A stretch of DNA of 63,497 nt, the filler included, from Octopus bimaculoides (lineage: Eukaryota), in assembly GCF_001194135.2 (NCBI RefSeq). It is 6 parts of 4 records of this genome, joined end to end, with 100 filler letters (N's around TTAATTAATTAA, not from the genome) between each part and the next. Parts side by side here need not be neighbours in the genome. Positions count along the whole stretch, not along the records: positions 1 to 24,157 come from NC_069000.1; positions 24,258 to 48,091 come from NC_068982.1; 4 more parts are not named here. One strand, written 5' to 3'. The number at the start of each line of letters is the position of its first letter. Within the stretch, counting starts at the first letter, position 1. Below the pieces are notes generated by a model, which saw only the letters and a program-made list of their open reading frames with translations, was not told the DNA's origin and made no database searches. Below, piece by piece: positions 11,660-24,599 of this stretch. The translations under genes were made by a program, and so were the position numbers.

Positions 11660-12130
11660 AACAACAAAATGAAGCTGGCTGTTCCTGAAAAGTTAAATAT
11701 TTGCGCTCGCTAAATGGAGCTTGTATGACCGAGGCCTTCATTTATTAAGTCACCGTAAACTCTACAACCACTAAGTACATACTTTCGTCAAAGAAATATA
11801 TGGGTCTCACAGGGGGAAATGTTAAAGCCAGGTTCAACAATCACACCTTAAGCTTCAGACACTGGGATAAAAGAAAAACAATCAAATTATCCAGTTATAT
11901 ATGGTCCTTAAATGAAAAAGGTGTCAACTACAAGATTCACTGGAAGATCTTGGCATTACACCAACGGCAGTAGAAAGTGAAGTCATTGCGATATGGAGAG
12001 ATGGCTTATCTGGAAAAGTTCTTTAGACCCTGCAACATGTCTAAATTCAAGAGCTGAACTTTTTGGGTCATGTCCACCTAAGGCAAAACATTTGCTACGT
12101 TTTGTGCCCACCTCCCAAGATCACGGATAG
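11660..12130 (+). mobile_element. Penelope-like element GIY-YIG endonuclease remnant
   Basis: LNGACMTEAFIY*VTV...KYMGLTGGNVKARFNNHTLSF..KLSSYIWSLNEKG..IHWKIL..CLNSRAELFGSC. Confidence 0.85.
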
Positions 12131-13164
12131 AACATGCTTTTAATATTAGGTCCACGTACAAGCCTTTCATATGTCTTAACATCTCTTATATATTTATATA
12201 TTTTATTACTTTATATATTTTTTTCTGTATATTATTTTTCACCCTTTATAATTGTGTAACTTATACGCGTGTAGTATATACCTAATGCATATGTGCATGC
12301 ATATATACATGTGTACTAATGATTGTATATATACGAGTGCAAGACTCTACCTGTTGTACTTGGCTCCTTCCTTCATACATATATGTATGTATATACATAT
12401 ATATATATCTGCAGGTGTAGATGTATTCGACAGACAGGAGGGTATATTTGTGTATATACGTAGATAACTCATTTGTATATTCAAATTTTGCGGCGAATGT
12501 GAATGTTTTACGGTTTATGTTTTTGCCTATGTGTTTTTATTTGTATATACGTCCATCCGCCTATGTATGTGTGTGTGCATGTAGATATGTATATATATAT
12601 GAGCGTAGTGATGCGTGCATGGGTATATATGCGTGTCTATGTGCGTGTATGCGTAGACATATATATATATATATATATATATANNNNNNNNNNNNNNNNN
12701 NNNNNNNNNNNNNNNNNNNNNNNNNNNNNNNNNNNNNNNNNNNNNNNNNNNNNNNNNNNNNNNNNNNNNNNNNNNNNNNNNNNNNNNNNNNNNNNNNNNN
12801 NNNNNNNNNNNNNNNNNNNNNNNNNNNNNNNNNNNNNNNNNNNNNNNNNNNNNNNNNNNNNNNNNNNNNNNNNNNNNNNNNNNNNNNNNNNNNNNNNNNN
12901 NNNNNNNNNNNNNNNNNNNNNNNNNNNNNNNNNNNNNNNNNNNNNNNNNNNNNNNNNNNNNNNNNNNNNNNNNNNNNNNNNNNNNNNNNNNNNNNNNNNN
13001 NNNNNNNNNNNNNNNNNNNNNNNNNNNNNNNNNNNNNNNNNNNNNNNNNNNNNNNNNNNNNNNNNNNNNNNNNNNNNNNNNNNNNNNNNNNNNNNNNNNN
13101 NNNNNNNNNNNNNNNNNNNNNNNNNNNNNNNNNNNNNNNGTGTGTGTATGTGTGTGTGTTTGTG

Positions 13165-13350
13165 TGTGTGTGTTTGTGCCTCCACCATCGCTTAGCAGCA
13201 AATTTTGGTGTGTTTACGTCTCCGAAACAGCAGTTCGGTAAAAGAGACCGATAGCATAATACTAGTCTTACAAAAAATAAGACCTAGGGTCGATTTGTTC
13301 GACTAAAGACTGTGCTCCAGCATGGCCGCAGTCAAATGACTGAAACATGT
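13165..13350 (+). mobile_element. SINE family B
   Basis: Near-complete copy including the tail stem-loop CAGTCAAATGACTG. Confidence 0.85.
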
Positions 13351-13379
13351 AAAAAATATATATATCTATATAAATATAC

Positions 13380-13715
13380 TGTTGACAAAAGCTTCGTGGG
13401 ATTCAATTATTAAATAAATGAAAAATACACATTAAGAACAGGACATCATCAACGAGTGAAAAATACGTAAATACACAACGAGAGATACGTGAGGGACAAA
13501 ATACCAAAAGAAGTCTAACTCCTCTTCAGTTGTCAACTGGGATATTACTCCCTGATTCGAGTATTTAACAAGACAGGAAAATTTCATAAGATAGCAACAT
13601 CCAGAAATTTTTTTAATATAAAATTTGTGGAGGGTTAGGGCTTCGATCGAATAAACGATACCAGAGTGGTCATACGGAAGAAAACAATGGATGAAGACGG
13701 ACATTAAGGGTCGTT
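13380..13715 (-). mobile_element. PLE-like terminal repeat (related to the 40021/40331 family) with decayed hammerhead half GACAA-CTGAAGA
   Basis: Shares AACCCTCC..AAATTT, GACAACTGA.GA and GTCCTGT motifs with the 40 kb copies. Confidence 0.45.
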
Positions 13716-13904
13716 AGGCCAAGACGAATTGTAACGGGTAACGCCTGTACTCTGTTTGTCTGTCCCTTTTTCCTTCTCTCTTCTCCTCACTCCCTCAGTG
13801 TATTTCCCTCATCCTCTCTCTTGTCTCCCTTCCCTTCTGCCTGTTGTTCACACGTGATTGCAGGCCATTTTTCTTGTCTCTCACTTTTCTGAATTCGACG
13901 GCCA

Positions 13905-16110
13905 GCCAGCCTTGTAGATCCCTGATATTCTGAGGTAGGGCATTAAAAATTGTGGTCCCTTGAATCCCAAACTATTACAATATTGGGTTCGTATACTTGA
14001 CGGAGAAGATGGGACCTTTGGTACTGTGCAGTGCCGTCCAGTTTGGGGATTGTTGTAGATTTCGATTCCGAAATTTGGAGCTAGCCCTCCATTATTTTCT
14101 ATTTATTTAACACTGCATACCTCTCACGTCTTCTCTCGAGGGAGTAAAGTTCCAGTTTTCTCAACCTCTTTTAGTAGCCCATGTGTTTAACTGAGTCTAT
14201 CTTCTTTGTGTAATGGCGTTGGATCGCTTCTAGTTCTGCAATTAGTTTTACACTCTGTGGGGACCACAGTTGGGAGCAGTAGTCCAGACGACTGAGGACA
14301 GAAGTTTTCTAAAGCAGAAGTATTGTGTCTCTGTTCCTGGTCCGGAAGGATCTAAGGTTCCAAACTGCAATCCGCCTGGATAGTGTTGCCATCTGAGCGA
14401 TTAGTACATGGAAAGTTGCGTCGTTGCTCATGTGGACTCTCAGGTCACGCACCGACTCTAACTCTGGGATTACATTGCCTGCTGGTCCTGTGTACTTCAG
14501 CTGTAGTTTGTCTTTGCACTGATAGCAGAGTGCTTGAAGTTTTCTGCCATTTAACTGCATATAATTCTCATCAGCCCATTTATATACTGCGATCAGGTCA
14601 TTCTGCAGTTTTAAGATGTCAGTAGGATCATCGGAGTAGCTAGTGAGTGTAGCTGACTCTATGGCTGAGGACATGTCCGAAAGAGCAACTTCAAACAGGA
14701 GTGGTCCCAGCGCTGTTCCCTGGGGGACTCCACTGAGGATTGGTGTCACTTCAGAGAGAGCACTATTTACTATGACAGCCTGACTTCTGCTCTTCAGGAA
14801 ATCATGCAGCCACACTCCCAGTCTACCAGCGATATGCAATTTGTGACATATCATCCCATGATCGATTTAGTCCGTAAGCAAGTTATTCTCCTCTAGGAAC
14901 GTAGTCAGCCTTTTTCTGACAATGCGTTCCATGATCTTGCTGACATGTGAGGTCAGAAAGATAAGCCTGTAGTTTATAGCATCCATTCTGCTTCCTCCTT
15001 CGTGGACAGGGCAGATTATACCTTCTTTTAACGTTTGAAGAAATGTACCGCATTCAAGGGAACTGTGGAAAGCATTTGCAGAGGTTTTGCAAGAGCTTTC
15101 TGGCATGTTTTTAACAGAATTGCTGGGCCTGTTGTAGAGTTTGGGTTTATCTTGTCAATGGTCGACATTACATCCTCTTCTGTAATGTCAATGTAATTAA
15201 TGGTCGCCTTTTTCTCTGGTAAGTTAGAGGTGTTGAAGAACTCACCAGGTCTGCCTATTTTCATGTTTTCTACTGGGAAAACACTTAGGAATTGTTGATT
15301 GAGCGCTTCTCTTATCCTCTTGAGGTTTGCAGTCAGTAAGCCCGTTTCATTAAACAGTGGCCCTATCCTTTATTGCATCGAGGCAGACTCTTTTGTGAAC
15401 TTGTAGAAGGCTTTAAGGTTTCTTCTTTATATTTTCCACGGCCCTGGCTTCTTTGTTTACCTTTTCTTTTTCATGGGAGAGTCTGATTTTATTCTCATTC
15501 TCTAAGAGCACCATTTTCAGGCAGGGCGTTTTGCTGTCATTAAGCTCCTTATTTAAGCGATTCGATATCTTTATCCTCCATCTCATTAGGATTATTCTAT
15601 CTCGGGGAATAATGTTCTTCTGTGTGGTGGCTTTCTTTTCTAGGACAAACTTAATGCATATGGCTCGCATTATTGACATGAATTCATTGAATTTCATGTC
15701 AGTGTCCTGCATTGACAGACATTTAAGCCAGTTTTGCTGGAGTATCACTTTGTTGATGGACTTCCAGTCAGCCTTGTAGAAGTTCAGGTTGGCTAGCGCT
15801 TGGGATCCAGCAGTGTTTTATGATTTTTTAATTAGCTTTGGACTATGTATTGACAGTTCTATCATGTTATGGTCTGAGTAGGTAGACGGTGATATGTTTA
15901 TGTTGTGGATAAAATCCATATTGTTTGTGAAGCAGAGATTCAGGATGTTGTTATTTCTGGTTGGGGAAAGTATGGTCTGTTCCATGAACATCATTTTCGT
16001 GAGATCTACTAGAGATTCTGCTTGACTGCATTCTTTTCGTGTCAGTCCTGAGGATATGACACATTCGGGCCATTTAATGTGTATGTCACCTGCATTATCA
16101 GTATCCCCTG
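13905..16110 (-). mobile_element. Degenerate CR1-group LINE (APE C-terminus, RT, C-terminal domain)
   Basis: PTRNNNILNLCFTN..SDHNMI; PVHEGGSRMDAINYRLIFLTSHVSKIMERI; SGVPQGTALGPLLF; YSDD; YCNSLGFKGPQ. Confidence 0.9.
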
Positions 16111-16239
16111 TTTATTCACGTTCGTTTAATTTAATTCTATTTATATTATGTATTTGTTGTTATCTACTTACTTTTTCATTTCTTCTTTTTTGGTATTAAT
16201 TTCTCTCCTTCAACATTCTCTTTCATTCCCTCTTTCTTT

Positions 16240-16769
16240 CTTTCTGAAAGTTCCTAAAGTTATATATTTCGATTTCCGAACCTACTTAAAGTACACCATT
16301 TAGAGTCGTCTTAGCACTTAACGATACCATTTACTCTCTTTCTTCAACCTCGTTATATCTTCCTTATTTCTTTCCTACAGAAGTAAATAAATAGTTTGTT
16401 CGAATCCCCTTAGAGTTCATTACCTCGATTTTGACTGAATGTCCTTAAAATTCATTACCTCGATTCTTTTTTTGTACGTAGCGATACCACTCTTTCCTTA
16501 TTTCCCTCTTTCACCTTCTCTTCTTAAACTTTCCTAGAGATAAATATTTTTCAATTCTTTCCTTAAACATCCCTCCACCCCTCTCTCTCTCTCCCCCTCT
16601 CTCTCTCTCCNNNNNNNNNNNNNNNNNNNNNNNNNNNNNNNNNNNNNNNNNNNNNNNNNNNNNNNNNNNNNNNNNNNNNNNNNNNNNNNNNNNNNNNNNN
16701 NNNNNNNNNNNNNNNNNNNNNNNNNNNNNNNNNNNNNNNNNNNNNNNNNNNNNNNNNNNNNNNNNNNCC

Positions 16770-16800
<31 letters not shown>

Positions 16801-17165
16801 TCTCTCTCAACGTTCCTAAAGTTATATATTTCGATTTTCTACGTATATGTGTGTATACACTATTTAGACTCTTTCTTTCACTTTCTCTCCTTAAACTTTC
16901 TCTTTCTGAATCCATTTTCAGTGCATAACATAACTTCTTTCTCTCTCTTCCCCTCTCTCTGAACGTCCGTAAAGTTGCACACTATATAGACTCTCTTACA
17001 TTCTCTCTCTCTCTCTCTCTCTCTCTCTGGACATTCTTAAAGTTATATATTTCGATATTTTTGAACCTGCGTAAAGTACACTATTTAGAGTCATCTTAGC
17101 ACTTTAAGATACCTTTCTCTCTCTTTCTCCCACCTTATTATAGACCTCCTTATTTCTCTCCTACA
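16240..17165 (+). repeat. Local dispersed repeat (GTTCCTAAAGTTATATATTTCGAT...ACTATTTAGA, 3-4 copies) interleaved with (CT)n
   Basis: Copies near 16248, 16810, 16960 and 17030. Confidence 0.6.
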
Positions 17166-17169
17166 CGTA

Positions 17170-17255
17170 ACGACACCTGCCGAAACGTTGTGTTAACAAC
17201 AACCAAGATGAAGACAAATATCCATCAAATGTAAATAATGTAAATAGTGTACACA
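17170..17255 (+). mobile_element. PLE terminal-repeat fragment with deleted hammerhead core
   Basis: Near-identical to 48292-48385 except for a 23-nt deletion. Confidence 0.7.
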
Positions 17256-18261
17256 GTGCACCTGTTCAGACAACGTAGATTTGATGGAGAGAGTGAGCTA
17301 CCGTGTGTCACGAACATCTGATCGCTATAAACAAATCATTTGTGTAGGTCGTTTGTGTAGGTCGTCTTCGACGGGAAAGTCCATTATATATATATATNNN
17401 NNNNNNNNNNNNNNNNNNNNNNNNNNNNNNNNNNNNNNNNNNNNNNNNNNNNNNNNNNNNNNNNNNNNNNNNNNNNNNNNNNNNNNNNNNNNNNNNNNNN
17501 NNNNNNNNNNNNNNNNNNNNNNNNNNNNNNNNNNNNNNNNNNNNNNNNNNNNNNNNNNNNNNNNNNNNNNNNNNNNNNNNNNNNNNNNNNNNNNNNNNNN
17601 NNNNNNNNNNNNNNNNNNNNNNNNNNNNNNNNNNNNNNNNNNNNNNNNNNNNNNNNNNNNNNNNNNNNNNNNNNNNNNNNNNNNNNNNNNNNNNNNNNNN
17701 NNNNNNNNNNNNNNNNNNNNNNNNNNNNNNNNNNNNNNNNNNNNNNNNNNNNNNNNNNNNNNNNNNNNNNNNNNNNNNNNNNNNNNNNNNNNNNNNNNNN
17801 NNNNNNNNNNNNNNNNNNNNNNNNNNNNNNNNNNNNNNNNNNNNNNNNNNNNNNNNNNNNNNNNNNNNNNNNNNNNNNNNNNNNNNNNNNNNNNNNNNNN
17901 NNNNNNNNNNNNNNNNNNNNNNNNNNNNNNNNNNNNNNNNNNNNNNNNNNNNNNNNNNNNNNNNNNNNNNNNNNNNNNNNNNNNNNNNNNNNNNNNNNNN
18001 NNNNNNNNNNNNNNNNNNNNNNNNNNNNNNNNNNNNNNNNNNNNNNNNNNNNNNNNNNNNNNNNNNNNNNNNNNNNNNNNNNNNNNNNNNNNNNNNNNNN
18101 NNNNNNNNNNNNNNNNNNNNNNNNNNNNNNNNNNNNNNNNNNNNNNNNNNNNNNNNNNNNNNNNNNNNNNNNNNNNNNNNNNNNNNNNNNNNNNNNNNNN
18201 NNNNNNNNNNNNNNNNNNNNNNNNNNNNNNNNNNNNNNNNNNNNNNNNNNNNNNNNNNNNN

Positions 18262-18299
<38 letters not shown>

Positions 18300-19089
18300 A
18301 GATTGCATAGAATCAGTTTAATATTCATTCATGTACTTCATTATTCACTTATTAGGTGTTTTCTATAAAGACTGCTCTGGGCATTTACTTATGGAATACT
18401 GGAAAGATAAACATGCTATCCATATATTAATTTTAAGCTAAGAATCAGAAAAAATAAAAGTTGTGTACAGATACACACATATTTATCTATGTGCACACAT
18501 GCGCACATACACAAATATTTATATGTTTGTATGGATATAGTATAACCATCTCGCATAGACTTAAGTAAATAGAAAGAATCTATCTTTATTTAAGAACAGT
18601 AACATCTTATAGGGATAAGAGGTTAATTGGCAAGGATATCAAAGCAAGAAAACAAAATAATAAGAATTTATAGAAAATGATAAGTAATATATTTAACTTA
18701 CATTTAAAGAGACAGAGTATTAAAATTTGAGGTAGGGAAGAGATAAAGATACCCCCGGAGCCGCTTGAAACGGTTGTACTGCATCACTTCTTGATATCCT
18801 GTTGCTTATTTAACCCTTGATTCAATAACACTGTGTATAAACTCTGTATTTGGAATGACCAATTTCAAAGACTGTTGGATTTTACTCATAGGGTATTGGA
18901 ATCTTAATAATGGATTTACAAATGCAATGATCAATCTTAAAGACTATTGGATTTTACTCACAAGCTATTGGAATCTTATATGTATACCATTCTGCTTAAA
19001 CAATGGATTTACAAATGCAATATCTCTACATTCACTCTCTATTTCATATCTTATCTAAACTAACTATTGCTTAACCATCCTCTCACACC

Positions 19090-19137
19090 GTCTCCGATGA
19101 AGGGATATAATAAATATCTTGGAAACAGCTGTAAGAC
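19090..19137 (+). ncRNA. Minimal type I hammerhead ribozyme motif (U4C variant) in a PLE-type terminal repeat
   Basis: GTCT-CCGATGA-[GGGATAT/ATATCTT]-GAAAC-AGCT-GTA-AGAC; palindromic ACAGCTGT stem III. Confidence 0.65.
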
Positions 19138-19564
19138 CTATTTATAAATGTTCTATATTATACACAACCTTGGCTTTTTTTTTTATCTCATTACGGAAAG
19201 NNNNNNNNNNNNNNNNNNNNNNNNNNNNNNNNNNNNNNNNNNNNNNNNNNNNNNNNNNNNNNNNNNNNNNNNNNNNNNNNNNNNNNNNNNNNAATTTATT
19301 CCTATGTCAATATTTCTGTATAAGGCTATATTTGACTGTCAAATTTAAGTCAAACATATAATTTGCCTTACACGTCTTCAGGGAAATGCATTTGAGAACA
19401 AACAAAAATCAAACAAAGGTCAAGAACAAGAGGTAAATACCAAGACAACAACTAGATTCCGTCCATATTCAAATTTGTCGTTAAATGACTCGTTAAATAA
19501 GTTCCTTCCTAAGCAAAGGTCCATTAAGGGGAGACAACCCCTTGTAATACTATGAATAATGTTG

Positions 19565-20070
19565 ATAAGTTATAAACAATCATCTATTCCAATGGAAATT
19601 TATACTATATTATCCTAGGAGCTATTGTAAAAAGCACAACTGCTATTGGTAAATTGTACATTGATATGGCCTGCATTAAGACCTAATATTATACTATATT
19701 GTACTATAAATTATAAACAACCCTCAATTACAATGGGAATCTATACTATATTATCTCTAGGAGCTTTTGCAAAAACCACAGCTGTTATTGGTAAGTTATA
19801 TATTGATATGGCCTGCCTTAGGACCTAATATTATACTATAATGTACTATAAATTATAAACAATCTTCCATTATAATGGAAATCTATACTATGTTATCTTA
19901 TCTCTAGAAGCTTATGCAAAAACCACAACTGCTATTGTTAAGTTATACATTTATATGGCCTGCCTTAAGATCTAACATTATACTATAATGTACTATAAAT
20001 TATAAACAACCCTCTATTATAATGGAGATCTATACTATATTATCCCTAGAAGTTTATGCCAAACCCCAAA
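19565..20070 (+). repeat. ~141-bp tandem repeat, ~3.5 diverged copies
   Basis: Units start ATAAATTATAAACAA near 19565, 19706, 19847 and 19994. Confidence 0.9.
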
Positions 20071-20079
20071 GTTACAAAT

Positions 20080-22700
20080 AGCAGTTAGAGATGGTGAATT
20101 CCATGGAGGCAAGCTCTTCCAACAATGATCAGTAAACTCTTACCTGCTAGCCGAAGGTAACAATATAAATTTTGTGAAGAACCATCAACACAGGTTAAAT
20201 GTAGAACAACACCGTAGTCTTGCTGATCATTTACGGAATGCTGCTAATGTTGCAAATGCTCAAGTAGGACGCACAGTTATCTTGCCTTCATCATTTCAAT
20301 GTTCTCCTAGGAATATCCATGAGAGCTATCAATACTCCATGGCTATTGTGCGAATATATGGTCCTCCTGATATCTTCCTTACAATAACCTGCGATCCTAA
20401 TTGGCAAGAAATTAGAGAGAATTTACTTCCAGGCCAAACTTCATCAGATAGACTGGACTTGGTGGCCTGTGTATTCAATATAAAGCTGCACGAACTCTTG
20501 AATGACATCATTAAGAAACATATATTTCGAAGGATCAATGCATACTGCTACACCATTGAATTTCAAAAGAGGGGCTTACCACATGCTCACTTGTTGATCA
20601 TTTTGCACCCTGATGATAAATTGGATGATCCTGAAAGAATTAATCAAATTGTCTGTGTCGAGGTCCCAGATCCTGTCACTGAACCCTTACTACATGAAAC
20701 AGTGAAAAGGTGCATGATTCATGGGCCCTGTGGTAATCTCAATCCTGCTGCTCCCTGCATGGAAAATAACAAGTGTCTTAAAGAATTTCCAAAGGTGTAT
20801 CAACAAGAGACACGGATAAACCCAAATTGTTACCCGTTGCGACGTCGAGGGGTATTAGTTCGAGTTCGCAACCATGCAATATACAACCGATATGCCGTAA
20901 GTTCAATGTTCATATTTGTGTTGAGATTTGTCTCTTCGTCTCCTCGGTGAAATATATTTACAAGTATATCTACAAGGGATATGACTCCATTAATGTTGAC
21001 ATTAATGAAACAACTTCAAACAATGAGATTGTACATGATGAAGTACGCAACCATTTAGATGCTAGGTATGTGAGCGCTCCTAGAAGTATGTGGTGCCTGC
21101 TTGAAAATAAAATGTATGACAGATCTCATTCAGTCTGCCTGTCCATCTGCCGCAAGAGCTACTTATATAATTTGAAGAGGTTCAAGAGAGACAGGTAATT
21201 GAGAGAGTAACACAGAAGAACATACCATTGACAGCTTGGTATCTTCTGAAGCAAACAAATGAAAATGCCCGGAACTTGCACTATTCGGATATTTCGTACA
21301 GTTGTCTTCAATAAGCAAACTACTGTATGGAAGAGTAGACAAAAAGGAGGCGATAAAGTTATCTCCAGACTGTACAGCATTAGCCTGAAGGATGAGGAAC
21401 GATTTTACTTGGAGCTCGAAGTTATGATGATATGAAAACAATAGATGGTGTAGTCTGCAGCTCATTTAATGAAGCTGCTCTGTTAAGAAATTTTGTTCAA
21501 CATGATGAAGAAAGGCATAGAAGAAGCGTCCCTTACAAGTATGCCATTTCCGCTAAGTCAATTGTTTGCTCCCATTTGCATCTTAAACACTCTAGCTAAC
21601 CCTTCGCAGCTGTACCATCAGTTTGAAGAGGATATGATGTCGCCCAAATCATTCGGTGGAAAAGTGCTGCTACTTGGCGGAGACTTCAGACAAACTGCAC
21701 CTATCATCCCAGGAGGATCCAATGCAGCAGTAATTGAGTCCTCAATTAAGCAATCGCCTCTCTGGTATTTCGTAACAAAACTCAATTTGACAGAAAATAT
21801 GCGCGTCGCTGGACAAGATGACTTCAACAGGTAGCTGTTAAAGATTGGAAATGGAATCCTCTTCAACAATGAAGGGCTGAAAGAAAACCTCATAGACATT
21901 CCTCAAAACATGACATCTACAAATAAGATTGTTAGAGAAGTTTTGGGGGAAGAATTATTATTAGACAATGATGCGGCAGTTGAAAGAGTGTCACCGAGAA
22001 TCATTTTGACACCTAAAAACAAAGATTGTCTTCACATAAACACTGACATAATGTCATTATTGCCCGGTGAGGCAACAATCTGCCGAAGCGTTGACACCAT
22101 TGTTGAAGAAAATAACGAAGCTGTTATACATTATCCAGTGGAGTTTATAAATTCACTGACGCTTCCTGGGATGCCACCTCATATATTGACCTTGAAGAGG
22201 CATTCGATAGTCATGTTGCTAAGGAACCTGAACTCAATCAGAGGTTTACTCAATGGGACCCAGATCTTAGTGCTGTCCATCAAGGAGTTTTTTTATTCAT
22301 GGAAAACTACTTAGTGGAAGTAAGAAAGGAGAGGAGGCCTTTATTCCGCGCATCAGCTTCCGTCCCAGTGAGACAACCTTTCCCTTTAGTATGAGTAGAC
22401 AACAGTTTCCTGTTGTCCAAACATTTGCAATAACTATCAACAAATCACGAGGGCAGAGCTTCAATAATGCTGGCGTCATTCTACCATCACCAATATTCAA
22501 CCGTGGACAACTTTATGTTACATTGAATAGAAGTACAAGCAGGAATAATATTAAAAAAGTTGGTAAAGAACCAAACAAAACAAGGCAAACTCAATGGTGG
22601 TAGAGTTTTCGCAACAAACGTTGTGTTGAAACAGATAAAGATTGTAATATTTTAATTTTATTTTCCGTATAATTTTCATTTCTGACGGCACGAGAACACG
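20080..22700 (+). mobile_element. Degenerate Helitron RepHel with internal deletion
   Basis: PDIFLTITCDPNW, EFQKRGLPHAH, KYIYKG, YVSAPRSMW; FGGKVLLLGGDFRQ, LTPKN, LLRNLN..LLNGT, TINKSRGQS, GQLYVTLNR. Confidence 0.92.
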
Positions 22701-23929
22701 AGTATACATATACTGTACACACACATGTATATATGGGTTAGAATGTGTTTGTGTGTGTGTGTGTGGAGATTACATACATACATACATACATACATGCATA
22801 CATACATGCACGCATGTACACACACAACAAAGTTCTGCACATTTCCCATGAAATTTCACTCAAATTTTCGGCTAACCCGATGCTATTGCTCAATATAGAC
22901 TGATCACAGGTCAGTGATTTACATAGAACACTCGTACTTTTGAATCAACTGCTTGCGATTTGAACACCCAATCATGCAACTCTTCATGGAAGCACTCTTA
23001 GCCGACTGAAATGGATCGGTTGAAAGAAAACGAACATAACGGATCAATGTTTTTAGTGAATTCAAAAGCGGAAGTATGCACTCGATAGCGAATGCTTGAT
23101 TTATCATTGTCCCATTTCATCAAACGCCTACTTTGCTGATTAACATCGCTTCCCTAACGCTGTTAGATTATCGCATCAGTTTGCATATAGCCTCAAATTG
23201 CACTAAAAATTAGAAACAAGAAATTTTAAAAAGCTACAGAAAACAGGGGATAGAAAAGCAAATGTAAAAAAAAAAAAAGATACAAACAAAGATATGGGCC
23301 AGAGGCAGTATGATGAGTGACAGGGGACGGGATATGGGAGCGCCTAAAGCTAAAATATAAAGGATGGCATTAAATATTGTTGACAGGTTGTTACCACATG
23401 TTCTGTTAAGGGACTGCTCTTTGTTTGTTGTTAGTAAAATTATTGTAGTTGTTGTTAGCGTAGTCTTTTTGTTGAGATTTTGTTGTTGTTTGTATTAATG
23501 TTAATCGTCTGGAATAAAGAGTTAAGATAGATAAAATTCAGATCCCTGGCGTAATTAATTTAAGAAAAAAAGGGGGTAAGCTGACCTAATTTTCACTGAA
23601 AACATAGAGTAACTTAAGACAGAAGGAATACGAATGATTCCTGGAATTTTAATCATGTATATTTAGATCGAAGAGAAAATATTTGTTCCTCCAAAATAAC
23701 CAAACCAAACCAAACCAAACCAAACCAAATCCAAGCTGTAAAATGAGATGTAATTTAACTACAGAAGCCAAAACGCAAAACTGGAAGTATAATACTACTA
23801 CTGGATAGCATAGGGTGAAATCTGAAGGTGGGCGAATTTTATACTGTACTCTACTACGTTCTTAACAGAATATAGCACACACTCACACACACACACACAC
23901 AAACACGCGCGCGCGCACACACACATTCC

Positions 23930-24125
23930 CTTTTGTTCTCTTACTTGTTTCAGTCATTTCACTGCAGCCATGCTGGAGCACCACCTTAAGTCGAGCAAAT
24001 CGACCCCAGGACTTATTCTTTGTAAACCTAGTACTTATTCTATCAGTCTCTTTTTGCCGAACCGCTAAGTTACGGGGACGTAAGCACATCAACATCGGTT
24101 GTCAAGTGATGGCGGGGGCACAAAC
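23930..24125 (-). mobile_element. SINE family B
   Basis: Near-complete copy. Confidence 0.85.
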
Positions 24126-24157
24126 ACAGATACACACATATATGTATGTAATTATAT

Positions 24158-24257
24158 NNNNNNNNNNNNNNNNNNNNNNNNNNNNNNNNNNNNNNNNNNN
24201 NTTAATTAATTAANNNNNNNNNNNNNNNNNNNNNNNNNNNNNNNNNNNNNNNNNNNN
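24158..24257. other. Artificial scaffold linker (44 N + TTAATTAATTAA + 44 N)
   Basis: Six-frame-stop spacer repeated at five places. Confidence 0.92.
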
Positions 24258-24505
24258 ACAATTCCTATCATAGTAGGTGCCTTAGGTATAATCAAAAAAT
24301 ATTCAGAAAATACATAACAAAAACACCAGGACTTACAAATATATATAACATACAGAAAATTGCACTACTGGGCACTGCACAATCCTACGCAAAACACTTT
24401 CAATACAGTAACCATAAGAGCATCACAGCAAACCACAGCACATACCCAAGGCACACAGAGCTGCGCTCGGTAGTGAAGTGAAAGCACGTTATAAAAATAA
24501 AACTA

Positions 24506-24581
<76 letters not shown>

Positions 24582-24582
24582 G
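24258..24582 (+). mobile_element. Dong/R4-clade LINE 3' end followed by long (TAA)n
   Basis: TIPIIVGALGIIKK..IQKIALLGTA; perfect TAA run at ~24510-24582. Confidence 0.8.
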
Positions 24583-24599
24583 TAAAGGAAGATACAAAA

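Noticed and set aside
13716-13905. LTR-like segments (also 57430-57822)
   Set aside because: TG start and pyrimidine-rich body only; no paired LTR, PBS or TSD visible, so left unassigned
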